Below are positions 1 to 9,360 of a stretch of 64,000 nt of DNA, piece after piece. Position 1 is the first letter of the stretch, and each line of letters opens with the position of its first letter. The notes under the pieces were generated by a model. The model did no database searches and had not been told where the DNA came from. It saw nothing but the letters and a program-made list of their open reading frames with translations. The DNA comes from Flavobacteriaceae bacterium UBA3159 (GTDB taxonomy: Bacteria; Bacteroidota; Bacteroidia; Flavobacteriales; Flavobacteriaceae), in contig DEYL01000054.1 of assembly GCA_002364535.1 (NCBI GenBank), forward strand, positions 7,309 to 71,308, written 5' to 3'. Position numbers and translations under genes: made by a program.

Positions 1-617
1 TTTTCGTTTTCCAAATAGACATAGGGCGGGATATCGAGTGAAGCAGGCAGGATATAACTGTAATCAAAACCAACATCGATGGGACCTTTGGTTGGATTTT
101 TTGAAAAATCAACAATCTCTTCCTGATAGTCAGTGACAATCCCAGGGGCTCTTCTTTTGACCTGGTCCTCTCGGTAATTGGGTTTGAGTTGCCAGTCCAA
201 TCCCAGATGCCATTTACCCACCACAGCAGTTTGATAATCATTACGTTGTAAAAGCTTGGCCACCGTTTCTTTTTGGTCGGGAATCATCAAAGGTCCATAA
301 CTCCAAAGCACTCCTTTTTTAAGCCGGGTACGCCACGCATATTCTCCTGTCAGTATACTATATCGGGTAGGGGTGCAAACAGAAGAAGTAGAATGCATGT
401 CCATAAAAGCCATTCCTTGGTGTGCCAGCTGATCTAAATGGGGTGTTTTAATTTTACTTTTGTTGTTGTAATATTTCAAATCACCATAACCCAAATCGTC
501 TGCCAAAATATAAATTATATTGGGATGATTAGGTTTTGGCTGCTCCCCGGCAGTACACCCCAAAAAAATAAAAAAATAATAAACTAAGGATACCTTTTTT
601 AAAGTCATTTTTATCAT
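1..617 (-). CDS. S1 formylglycine-dependent sulfatase, N-terminal ~205 aa (C-terminus runs off the left window edge)
   Basis: My own reverse-strand translation from the ATG at 615-617 gives MIKMTLKKVSLVYYFFIFLGCTAGEQPKPNHPNIIYILADDLGYGDLKYYNN...HSTSSVCTPTRYSILTGEY. It has a lipoprotein-type signal (FLGC), the DDLGYGD metal site and a C-T-P-T-R formylglycine motif. It is absent from the ORF track because it is truncated. Confidence 0.8.
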   Translation of the reverse strand, partial: MIKMTLKKVSLVYYFFIFLGCTAGEQPKPNHPNIIYILADDLGYGDLKYYNNKSKIKTPHLDQLAHQGMAFMDMHSTSSVCTPTRYSILTGEYAWRTRLKKGVLWSYGPLMIPDQKETVAKLLQRNDYQTAVVGKWHLGLDWQLKPNYREDQVKRRAPGIVTDYQEEIVDFSKNPTKGPIDVGFDYSYILPASLDIPPYVYLENE

Positions 618-634
618 GCTATATTTTTACAAAA

Positions 635-2116
635 CTACTTTGCGTCGGCCAAAAATTCATTGAGTGGATTTCCATTCACATCGTAGTGAACTACTGAGAT
701 ACTTCCTTTTCCCTTGGGGTCAATGGTAACTGTCATGGTCCCTCCCACAATATTTAAATACAAATGTTCGGGCCTTACATCCTCTTGATCCCAGCCTGAG
801 GCGTGATCATCACTGTTGGCACCTATTGAAAACTCAACTATACCGTAATCTTGGTGTTTGGTGACATGTTGCCAATGGCGGTCACCACAAACTATATACA
901 TATTGGGCTGAGATGCAATAAATTTTCGAATGATTTCACCCTCGTGATAGAAGCCTCTATTGGAATGGTTGTCTTTTTTCTGGCTGCGATCGGGACCAAT
1001 TATAGGAGTTGGGCTGATCAATATCTTAAATGTAGCATCTGAGGCTTGTACCGTTCGCTTAAACCAGTCCATCTGCTCTTTACCCCAAATGGTTTTATTT
1101 GGGCCGTCGGCTTGGGTATTGGGGCTTCTATAATCTCGCCCCTCAACTAACCATATCTGCAAATCTTTTCCCCAGCGGAAGGTCCTGTATGTTTTGTCTT
1201 TGATCGGCATTTCCTGACGAAAAACAGCCAAACCTTGGTCAAAGGTAAAATCCCCCATAAAAGAGGACTTAATCCCTCGATAACAATCGTTAAACCAAGC
1301 ATCGTGGTCGTCTTTTTCAAAATAACTGGTAACTTGTGTATGGAAAGATTTATTGGTCGGTAAACTAAACATTCTGTCCCAATGATAATGGGCCATGCTT
1401 TTGTTCTTCGCCAAATTATCATAGTAGAGGATGTCCCCAGCGTGAACAAAAAAATCGAGATCAAGACTTTCTAGAAATGGATATATTTTGTACCCATCGG
1501 GATGGTCTTGATCGGGGTAACCTTGACAAGTACTCGCCGCAAAAACAATCTTTCGAGAGGTATTGGTATCTGGAGGAGTTTTAAATTTTCCTTTAATTTG
1601 GGCGGAGGTTTTTCCATTTATAGGACGGGCCTCTAATAACAGTTCATAAGTTTTCCCGGGAAGTAATTTATCCAAAATAAATTTTTTGCTGTAATTGGCT
1701 TCAGGGTCCACGCCTTCCCAAGCGGTAGACTGCCAGGAGGATGTATCATTGGGCTTGAAATGAACCCTAAGCTCTCCCTTCATTCCTGGAACGGCTCCTT
1801 CGACTGTATTGATATCATAGCCTTGTGGAAAATATACCGTACCATTTTTATCTCTCCTTGTTTTTCTCAAGTGCCTTTTGTTAGTAGCGGGATCAGTGTA
1901 TAACGAGATGGGTAGGGGCGCGTCATTTACGCGCTTTTTATTTTTAGTTAATCGCGCCCAAATAATAGCTTCAGTTTGAGACACATCGCCAATCCTGATA
2001 CCTGTAGCGAAATATGGACCTTGGTCACTTTCTGACTGAGACATTAACCCCAAAGGAGTCATGATTAGTACTAACAAAAAAGTTGCGATCTGGATATAAA
2101 AGGTTTTAATGCTCAT
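635..2116 (-). CDS. PhoD-like metallophosphatase (PhoD_N plus PhoD catalytic domain), secreted
   Basis: Has a signal peptide. GIRIGDVSQTEAIIWARLT resembles the PhoD N-terminal domain. FVHAGDILYYDN, FEKDDHDAWFND and VCGDRHWQH are PhoD/metallophosphatase metal-ligand blocks. The ATGA overlaps the upstream sulfatase stop. Confidence 0.75.
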   Translation of the reverse strand: MSIKTFYIQIATFLLVLIMTPLGLMSQSESDQGPYFATGIRIGDVSQTEAIIWARLTKNKKRVNDAPLPISLYTDPATNKRHLRKTRRDKNGTVYFPQGYDINTVEGAVPGMKGELRVHFKPNDTSSWQSTAWEGVDPEANYSKKFILDKLLPGKTYELLLEARPINGKTSAQIKGKFKTPPDTNTSRKIVFAASTCQGYPDQDHPDGYKIYPFLESLDLDFFVHAGDILYYDNLAKNKSMAHYHWDRMFSLPTNKSFHTQVTSYFEKDDHDAWFNDCYRGIKSSFMGDFTFDQGLAVFRQEMPIKDKTYRTFRWGKDLQIWLVEGRDYRSPNTQADGPNKTIWGKEQMDWFKRTVQASDATFKILISPTPIIGPDRSQKKDNHSNRGFYHEGEIIRKFIASQPNMYIVCGDRHWQHVTKHQDYGIVEFSIGANSDDHASGWDQEDVRPEHLYLNIVGGTMTVTIDPKGKGSISVVHYDVNGNPLNEFLADAK

Positions 2117-3570
2117 TTCTTTTGATTTTTAATTTGCTTTGATGTTCTTTTGAAATAATCGTTGATGATATGGCTACTCCCTACTTTCCAATCTACATTT
2201 ATCTTAGGCAGATTTTTTCGCATGTCCGTTTTCAGAACATCTAATGCTTCATGATTTGCAATATTGTAGCGTTCCTCAGGGTCTTTTTGCAAATCGTACA
2301 ACTCTTCAGCACCGTTTTCATAAAAAATATAGCGGTACTGCATATTAATCATGCTGTGATTGTTTTGCCCATAGGTTGTAATAGCCACGGCCGTGGAATC
2401 TATTTGTTGATTGATAAGAGGCAGCAAACTTTTCCCTTCATTGGTTGGATTTGGCGGTAATGCTGCCAGATCTATAAGTGTAGGGTACACATCAAGAAGT
2501 TCTACGGCTTGGGGAATCGACTGCTGTACATCTATTTTTGGAGATTTAAATACCAGCGGAACACGGGTAGATTCACTCCAGATTGTTTGTTTACCAAAAG
2601 ATCCTTTTTCACCAAGTTCATAGCCATGATCGGACCAAAGTACAACAATGGTGTTATCCTTGTAGGCGCTGTTTTCTAATGCATCGAGTACCACACCAAC
2701 TTGCTGATCTACAAAAGAAACACAAGCCAAATAGGCTTGAACGATTTTGCTCCACTCTCCACTTTCAATGGCCCAGTCTGTGGTAGGCATCATCCCTTTA
2801 AAGGCAATTTGTTTTGCGATCTCGGGAAGGTCGTCCCAATCATTGGGTAGGTAAGAGGGCAATGTCAATTTGTCTGGAGGATAAAGATCAAACCATTGTT
2901 TTGGGGCATACCAGGGAACATGTGGACGAATGAATCCGACGGCCATGAAAAAGGGACGATTGTGACTTTTTTTCAATTGTTTTTCCGCCCATTGGGCATA
3001 GCTGTAATCATACATCAAGCTGTCTTGACTCGGATACACGCCCCAGTCCGTAGAAGTACCCTTCTTGTCCCACTTTATTCTTTTTTCAGGAAGGGGCCCA
3101 AAACCTTGTATCCTCCCCCCTGACTCGTCAAAAACTCCCTCCGGAGCATGATTGTGAAAAATTTTCCCAACACCGAGGGTTTTATAGCCGTGATCTTTAA
3201 AGTATTGGGGTAAAAATCGAACCGTTTTCATTGATGGATTCCCTTTTCTAAGATTCTGGTCTTTGATCTGACCGTATATGCCCGTACTAGAAGGCCTAAG
3301 TCCAGAAAGTAATGAAGCGCGCGAAGGTCCACATATGGGTGCTTGACAGTGGGCATTTGTAAACAAAATACCCTCTTGGGCAAGGCGATCAATATTTGGT
3401 GTTTTTACGTTCGGATTAGCTTTTAAAACCCCAATCCAGTCATTGAGATCATCTATACTAATCATCAATACATTGAGGGGGGGATCTTTCTCTGGTGATG
3501 AACCACAGCCAGTGATTGAAAAAAACAAAAGTACCCTAAGTGCAGTATACAATCTTATTAATGCTCTCAT
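2113..3570 (-). CDS. S1 sulfatase (Cys-type), lipoprotein
   Basis: Lipobox ITGC. Motifs seen: ISIDDLNDW, AHCQAPICGPSRASLLSG (C-x-P-x-R), WSDHGYELGEKG. Confidence 0.9.
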   Translation of the reverse strand: MRALIRLYTALRVLLFFSITGCGSSPEKDPPLNVLMISIDDLNDWIGVLKANPNVKTPNIDRLAQEGILFTNAHCQAPICGPSRASLLSGLRPSSTGIYGQIKDQNLRKGNPSMKTVRFLPQYFKDHGYKTLGVGKIFHNHAPEGVFDESGGRIQGFGPLPEKRIKWDKKGTSTDWGVYPSQDSLMYDYSYAQWAEKQLKKSHNRPFFMAVGFIRPHVPWYAPKQWFDLYPPDKLTLPSYLPNDWDDLPEIAKQIAFKGMMPTTDWAIESGEWSKIVQAYLACVSFVDQQVGVVLDALENSAYKDNTIVVLWSDHGYELGEKGSFGKQTIWSESTRVPLVFKSPKIDVQQSIPQAVELLDVYPTLIDLAALPPNPTNEGKSLLPLINQQIDSTAVAITTYGQNNHSMINMQYRYIFYENGAEELYDLQKDPEERYNIANHEALDVLKTDMRKNLPKINVDWKVGSSHIINDYFKRTSKQIKNQKK

Positions 3571-6167
3571 CTTTTTGCTGCGTTAATTATACTTTTAGGA
3601 TAGTGATCTTGTGCTGTTTTTACAACTGTTTTTCCATTGACATTTTCAGTGAGCCTATAAAATTTATCTAGCTTGCCAGTATGGGATAAAAATTTTAGCT
3701 TTCCATCCTTACGTTCAATCGATATTTTAGCAGATTTATTTGTATCCATTTGAGCACTGATTTTCCAACCCTCTATTTCAAATACGTCACTATCCTCTAT
3801 CTGAAATATTTCTTTATACTTTAAGTCATCACTAACTTGTATAATGGCTAAATAACGCATTTTATCTTGTTTTTTTTGTGTAGTTGCTTTGAAATGCCAA
3901 TGATTTTTATAGGTAAGTAAGTTGCCACGGCCGTCTTTTTTTCTCAGGAAGTTTTTGGGCGCTACTGAAAACTGATTGGTAACTTCTCTGTCCAAGGGAG
4001 TGGAGCCATAAAGGGAGACTTTTCCTCCACGGTCCTCATAGGTGGTTTCCACAGTCTGATCTTCATCGTTTATTTTAAGACCTTGATAGTTGTGAATCAA
4101 CCAACTCCAGTCAACTGGTTTGTGCGCCTCCATCTCGTCATAAACCACAATGATGTTGGGTTTCAAAAGCAGGTAATGTCTTCTAAAGTGCTTGACCCCC
4201 ATATCATTTGGAATATTGTCTTTTCTAGCCTTTGGTGACAATTCGTGTGCTTGGTATGCATGGGATGCGTCCCCTACGGCATAGATCAACTGATTTCCCT
4301 CGATGAATTTGGGAATAAAGCCATATGCCCCTGAATCATAAGGTTGTCCGTGTTGATCGACCAATATACCGTTATGTCCTTGAGTGTGTTTGTACCACGC
4401 AAGAGTATGGGGAGCACCCATCCATGGACGGTATCCAGAATTATAAAACAATCGCTTTCCTTTATACGCAATATTAAAAGTATTGTGCTCGGCATGGGTA
4501 TGGGCCAGAGGTCCCATGGGTGAACTCTTGATGGAAACCCTTAGATTATTTTCGATATTCTTTCGATTGGAATTAAAATAAGCCACTCCAACATCAGGAA
4601 AAAAAGCTGCATCACTTAGCTTTATATTTTCATCCATTGAGGGAAGCGGCATGTCATATCCTTCGGTGATCCTGAACCATGCGTAATCTTGATCATCGGA
4701 TAATACAGCCTTTTCAAGTGGTCCTCCAGTGTAATCTAAATCAACTAATGGCTCCTCCAAGGCGTCCAATTTCGAAAAAACTGCCTTTGAATATTGCAAG
4801 GCAACCGGATCACCAGTGATCCTTGCATAAGCATCTGCAAAAGCTCCGTATTCTAAATTGGGCATAGGCCACTTTTTCCCATCATTACAAAAGCCGTCAC
4901 TTGTAGCCCCAGGAGGGTAAGCATAAAAGAGCCACTTCATAAAATTACTATACCAAGGTGTTCTGAAAAAGTTTTGTCCAGTGTAGGCTCCTAATTTCAA
5001 GGGGATGTCCAACAAGGTCATAACGTTCATTCGCATGTAACCTGTTCCGTTAAACCATGCGCCATCTTCTTCAGCCATTTTGGGATGCTGCGCCAGCCAC
5101 AATTCATAGATGTAGGTCAACCACTTTTCCGCTTCAGGAATTTCGTCTATTGTGGCCAAGGACGTAAGAAACATTCTGTGAAGTATGTGTTGCCAAACAT
5201 GCATGGATGAGTTTCGGTTTTCCAAGTAATTAGTCCATTTCTTATAAAAACCATTTGCACGTGCGGCCACCTGTTCAAGAATGGCTTTTCTCTCTATTAT
5301 ATCCAATTCTTCCCAAAAAACATCTACTGCCAGTGCTAAAGATTCCATAATATAAGAGTCCCCAAAGTCATTAATTCGCGTCAGTCCCTCTGGATTCCAG
5401 CTGGTGGCCTCGCGCATCCACAAAAGTGCAGTATCAAAATATTTTTTCTCTTTCGTTAATGCATACGCTTGAGTCAATGTTTGTAATGATTTTCCAAATT
5501 CATACCCCACTTCTTTGCTGAAATTCTTCTTAATTTTATCTGTCTCTTGTTTATCTCTTCCCTCAAATTTAATTAACGCATCTCTTTCACTTGGGATTCG
5601 CTTACCGATTAAATTATTCGCCCGCTCTAAAATATGATACCGCTCTTTATAGGGCATTACTTTTATCATCAAAGCCGACCAATCATCTTTTTTTAACATG
5701 ACCCTAGGGTGGGTTTTAGGTATGGATTTAATGAGAATTTCAATCCCTGCTGGAGCAAAATCTATTGAAGAATCATTGACGGTAAATGATGCAAAATCAC
5801 TCCATTCCTTACCCGAGACCTTGTATTGCCAATACCACTCCCCCGCTGCAAGGCTTTTGTGTATATTGATCATTGAGAATGGAATCTCCTTTATCTGAAA
5901 CAATGACTCTTTAAAAAGGCTGTCTCTGGAAAGTCTAACGTCGAATTTTTGAAATTTTTTGGAAGGCCACTGCAAGCTTGGGCTGTTAAATCTTACCACC
6001 TCAGCATTGTCGGGTGACATCCACCTGCGGTACTTAGGATATACCAATTTCGGAATTTCAGATTCTACAACTGGAGTTTCCTGACAGAGCAATAAACTGC
6101 CTTTTAGAAAAAACAGAATCAATAAGGTTATGGGTAAAAAATTCTTTTTTACTGCTGACTTTTCCAT
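3567..6167 (-). CDS. DUF4962 / heparinase II/III-like protein, candidate polysaccharide lyase
   Basis: 866 aa with a signal peptide. The N-terminal region (GEWYWQYKV) resembles DUF4962. The central part looks like an alpha/alpha toroid. HTHAEHNTFNIAYKGKRLFYNSGY matches the heparinase II/III C-terminal block (HxH...D/N.G). Confidence 0.7.
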   Translation of the reverse strand: MEKSAVKKNFLPITLLILFFLKGSLLLCQETPVVESEIPKLVYPKYRRWMSPDNAEVVRFNSPSLQWPSKKFQKFDVRLSRDSLFKESLFQIKEIPFSMINIHKSLAAGEWYWQYKVSGKEWSDFASFTVNDSSIDFAPAGIEILIKSIPKTHPRVMLKKDDWSALMIKVMPYKERYHILERANNLIGKRIPSERDALIKFEGRDKQETDKIKKNFSKEVGYEFGKSLQTLTQAYALTKEKKYFDTALLWMREATSWNPEGLTRINDFGDSYIMESLALAVDVFWEELDIIERKAILEQVAARANGFYKKWTNYLENRNSSMHVWQHILHRMFLTSLATIDEIPEAEKWLTYIYELWLAQHPKMAEEDGAWFNGTGYMRMNVMTLLDIPLKLGAYTGQNFFRTPWYSNFMKWLFYAYPPGATSDGFCNDGKKWPMPNLEYGAFADAYARITGDPVALQYSKAVFSKLDALEEPLVDLDYTGGPLEKAVLSDDQDYAWFRITEGYDMPLPSMDENIKLSDAAFFPDVGVAYFNSNRKNIENNLRVSIKSSPMGPLAHTHAEHNTFNIAYKGKRLFYNSGYRPWMGAPHTLAWYKHTQGHNGILVDQHGQPYDSGAYGFIPKFIEGNQLIYAVGDASHAYQAHELSPKARKDNIPNDMGVKHFRRHYLLLKPNIIVVYDEMEAHKPVDWSWLIHNYQGLKINDEDQTVETTYEDRGGKVSLYGSTPLDREVTNQFSVAPKNFLRKKDGRGNLLTYKNHWHFKATTQKKQDKMRYLAIIQVSDDLKYKEIFQIEDSDVFEIEGWKISAQMDTNKSAKISIERKDGKLKFLSHTGKLDKFYRLTENVNGKTVVKTAQDHYPKSIINAAKR

Positions 6168-7534
6168 GTTTTGTATAAATCTTTTAACTCCGCGACTACC
6201 TCTGGCTCTCGGCGATATAAATTGTTGGATTCCCCAGGGTCGCTTTCTAAATCAAAAAGTACAAAATCCTCTGAGTAAGTATAATCACGCCTGCTGGTAT
6301 CAAAGGGATTTGAATATAATTTCCATTTCCCTTTTCGGGCTACCCAGGTTAATCCATTACGCCATTTAAACTCCCAGCAATAACCAGCTTTATGATTGGA
6401 GGGAGCATTTTTATTTAAAATTATGGGCATCAGGGATTTTCCATCCATATTAGAGGTGTCAGTGTCAAATCCGCATAGATCTATAAGTGTTGGCATCCAG
6501 TCTACATTTACACTCATTTGATCTCTGAACTGATTGGAAGGAATTTTTCCAGGCCAAGATATGGCTGCTGGCACCCGAATACCTCCTTCAAACAAACATT
6601 GTTTGGCACCGCGATAGGGGCCCGTGTATCCCCCACCGTGGTAGGCGCGGGTTTCTGTAGAGTGGCCATTGTCCGATTGAAATATAATGATGGTGTCTTC
6701 TCTGAGGCTATGGGCTTCAAGGAGCCCTATAAGCGCTCCGATTTTTTCATCTTGGGTGGTCAGAAAAGCAGCGTAAAGATCCCGTGGGTGCTTAACTTCC
6801 TTTTCTCGGTAATATTTAATCCACTTTGCATAGCCTTGGTAGGGATAGTGAGGGGTGTTCATTGAGAAGAAAATAAAAAAGGGATCCTCCGACTTGTTCT
6901 CTATGATCTGTTTTGCCTCTTGTAACATAAGATCAGGAAAATATTGACCATCTAAAAAGATTTCCTGATTGTTTCTGTATAAATCGTGACGATTAGGACC
7001 ACCTTCATAGTTGTTGTCGCCTCCCCAATAGTAAAAATGAGAGTAATTGTCTATACATCCAACCAAGTGACCAAAACTGTAATCAAATCCTTGTTGGTTG
7101 GGACGCATTTCTGGTTGAAATCCAAGGTGCCATTTACCAATCAAATAAGTATTGTAACCGTTTTCCTTAAACATTTCTGCCATGGTGAATTCAGATGGGG
7201 GAAGTCCAGATTTTCTGCTCAAGTCTTGCCCTGCATTTCCTGGAACTCCTGCCCTTTGAGGGGTTTTACCTGTCAGCAAGGAAGCCCGGGAAGGAGAGCA
7301 AACAGGAGATGCATAAAACTGGGTAAAAGTAGTCCCACTCAACATGAGTTTATCCATGTTGGGTGTCACCAAGTCTTTGGCTCCCAAAATATTTACATCC
7401 AAAGTAGCCTGGTCGTCCGTGTATATAATTATTACATTGGGCTTTTTTTTTGCGGAAACAACATTAGCGTTTAAGTAAAAAACTGCTGTGAAGCTTAAAA
7501 AAATAGTCTTTATCAATGTTAATTTATGTTCCAT
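6149..7534 (-). CDS. S1 sulfatase (Cys-type)
   Basis: Motifs seen: IIIYTDDQ, YASPVCSPSRASLLTG, GKWHLG, FQSDNGHS. Confidence 0.9.
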   Translation of the reverse strand: MEHKLTLIKTIFLSFTAVFYLNANVVSAKKKPNVIIIYTDDQATLDVNILGAKDLVTPNMDKLMLSGTTFTQFYASPVCSPSRASLLTGKTPQRAGVPGNAGQDLSRKSGLPPSEFTMAEMFKENGYNTYLIGKWHLGFQPEMRPNQQGFDYSFGHLVGCIDNYSHFYYWGGDNNYEGGPNRHDLYRNNQEIFLDGQYFPDLMLQEAKQIIENKSEDPFFIFFSMNTPHYPYQGYAKWIKYYREKEVKHPRDLYAAFLTTQDEKIGALIGLLEAHSLREDTIIIFQSDNGHSTETRAYHGGGYTGPYRGAKQCLFEGGIRVPAAISWPGKIPSNQFRDQMSVNVDWMPTLIDLCGFDTDTSNMDGKSLMPIILNKNAPSNHKAGYCWEFKWRNGLTWVARKGKWKLYSNPFDTSRRDYTYSEDFVLFDLESDPGESNNLYRREPEVVAELKDLYKTWKSQQ

Positions 7535-9351
7535 ATTTTTAAATTTTTATATGTAAAATGTGACCATTGCATCTGCCGGAATGCAAATTTCCCTTCCTCT
7601 AATGGAAGACCCAATTCTTTATTTTCATCCTTCCAGTTAATGATCAAACGATCATCAACATACATACTGATTTGGTTTTCTTTCTTTATTAATTGTAACT
7701 GGTGTGTAGCAGTTGAATTGACTGGTATCCCTCGCGCTCCATATTGCACTGTCTTAAACCCTTTATTTTTTCTTAAATGACTGAAAGGACGATTAGGTTT
7801 TTTAGGGTTGTTCGTGTAATAAGAAATATGATAGTTGTTTAAATCTCCCTTGGTGTATTGACTAAAAACTCCTGTTCTCTTTTCCAGTGCGGGATCCATA
7901 ACATCTTCCCCATTCACTCCCTTGGCGGCAAAAAACACGATGCAGAGGCCGGCTTTGGGATTGAGATTCTGCATTTCCCACTCCGCCATAAAATTGGAGG
8001 GTAACTCCTGAGGGCACCAAAATACGTGATGAGATTTTTGATCAGGAGAGTACATTTCTAACCAATTGTTTCTGATCAGGGCTTTTGCAGCACCCTCCAA
8101 CCTCCAGTCGCTAATATCTGCTTTAGATGAAAAGGTGTTTTCATAAATAAGGTCTTGTTTATTGAACTCAATAGGATTGAATGCAATAGGATTTCTCAAA
8201 AATTCGATGAATTCCGAGGCAGCTAACAAAAATGCGCCGGTACCAAATTCCTGCCAGGAATCTGCCGTGTAAGGTTTTGGATCTTTTCCTACGGGCTGGA
8301 CAAATCCCAATCTTCCTTGTTTATTGACATGCTTGGTCAAAGCTTCCCAAGCACCAATCATCGGTTTTTCAAATAGGTTGCGATCCAATATACCATTGTT
8401 GATACCCCATGCAAAACCATAGCAAAAAAAGGCGCTACCACTGTTCTCTGGAATGTCTATTTCTGCCGTTTGAATGAATTTATCCCCTTTTCTATTGAGG
8501 TAGGCAAATACCCCGGGATCCAATAGGTTAGACCGCCACAATCCATCGGAAGTGAGCTCCTGAAGTTTTAATAGCTTGTGGGCCATGGATGTAAACTGAT
8601 CAACAAGGATTTGGCGTTTGGGATGGTCCTCCGGTATGATTTCCAACATGTGGACCAAACCTGCAAAAACCCAACCATTCCCCCTGCTCCAGAAAATTTT
8701 CTTTCCAGATTTTGTTTTTTTACCAAAATAACGATCATCACGGTAGATTAAATCTTCATTTTTGTCCCATAAATAGTCTGTGGTGATCAGCCAGTGGTCA
8801 ATGGCATAGTTTAAATATTCCTCCTCCCCAGTGATCTCGTACATTTTTACAAAAGTAGGGGGCGCCATAAACAGTGCGTCACACCAACTCCACCATTCGT
8901 GTTTATAGGGGTTGTTGTTATACCTCACATCTGGATTAGGTTTGTTTCTCAACAAATGAGCATCCAAAACCCACTTGGTATTTTTAATTAGTGCTGCATC
9001 CCCGATTTGTTGGTATAGGTCCAGATAAACCTGGGATATGGCAATTTTATCGGCATGATACATATCTGGTGGAGTTTCCCATTGGTGGTCCTCACTAATT
9101 TTAATTAGGAACTCTTGATAGGATTTATTCCCTGTGGTTTTGTAGGCCTTCATCATACCGATGTAGTAGGTAGCGAATTGCCAGTTGGTCAATGTAAATT
9201 TCTCAACATGATCGGTCTGTTGACTTTGCCAACCGATGACTTTATCAATTAATGCGATGACCTGCTGTTCTGACGTATGCTGTGGTTGCGCCACCAGGGG
9301 GTAACTCAATAATAAAAAAAGTATTATATATATCTGTTGTTGTATTTTCAT
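7519..9351 (-). CDS. GH105/GH88-like unsaturated uronyl hydrolase fused to a C-terminal DUF1961 (YesU-like, concanavalin-fold) domain
   Basis: The N-terminal ~390 aa contain WSRGNGWVFAGL, the GH88/GH105 WxRGNGW block. The C-terminal ~200 aa (HHVFWCPQELPSNFMAEWEM...YHISYYTNN...LRKNKGF...GKFAFRQMQWSHFTYKNLKIW) read like DUF1961. Confidence 0.75.
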   Translation of the reverse strand: MKIQQQIYIILFLLLSYPLVAQPQHTSEQQVIALIDKVIGWQSQQTDHVEKFTLTNWQFATYYIGMMKAYKTTGNKSYQEFLIKISEDHQWETPPDMYHADKIAISQVYLDLYQQIGDAALIKNTKWVLDAHLLRNKPNPDVRYNNNPYKHEWWSWCDALFMAPPTFVKMYEITGEEEYLNYAIDHWLITTDYLWDKNEDLIYRDDRYFGKKTKSGKKIFWSRGNGWVFAGLVHMLEIIPEDHPKRQILVDQFTSMAHKLLKLQELTSDGLWRSNLLDPGVFAYLNRKGDKFIQTAEIDIPENSGSAFFCYGFAWGINNGILDRNLFEKPMIGAWEALTKHVNKQGRLGFVQPVGKDPKPYTADSWQEFGTGAFLLAASEFIEFLRNPIAFNPIEFNKQDLIYENTFSSKADISDWRLEGAAKALIRNNWLEMYSPDQKSHHVFWCPQELPSNFMAEWEMQNLNPKAGLCIVFFAAKGVNGEDVMDPALEKRTGVFSQYTKGDLNNYHISYYTNNPKKPNRPFSHLRKNKGFKTVQYGARGIPVNSTATHQLQLIKKENQISMYVDDRLIINWKDENKELGLPLEEGKFAFRQMQWSHFTYKNLKIWNIN

Positions 9352-9360
9352 CGGTTTTTT

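Noticed and set aside
6518-7474. Plus-strand ORFs of 115 aa (6518-6865) and 162 aa (6986-7474).
   Set aside because: They are entirely antisense to a sulfatase gene with clear catalytic motifs. Their translations are low-complexity and Cys/Arg-rich with no recognisable motifs, so I treat them as shadow ORFs.
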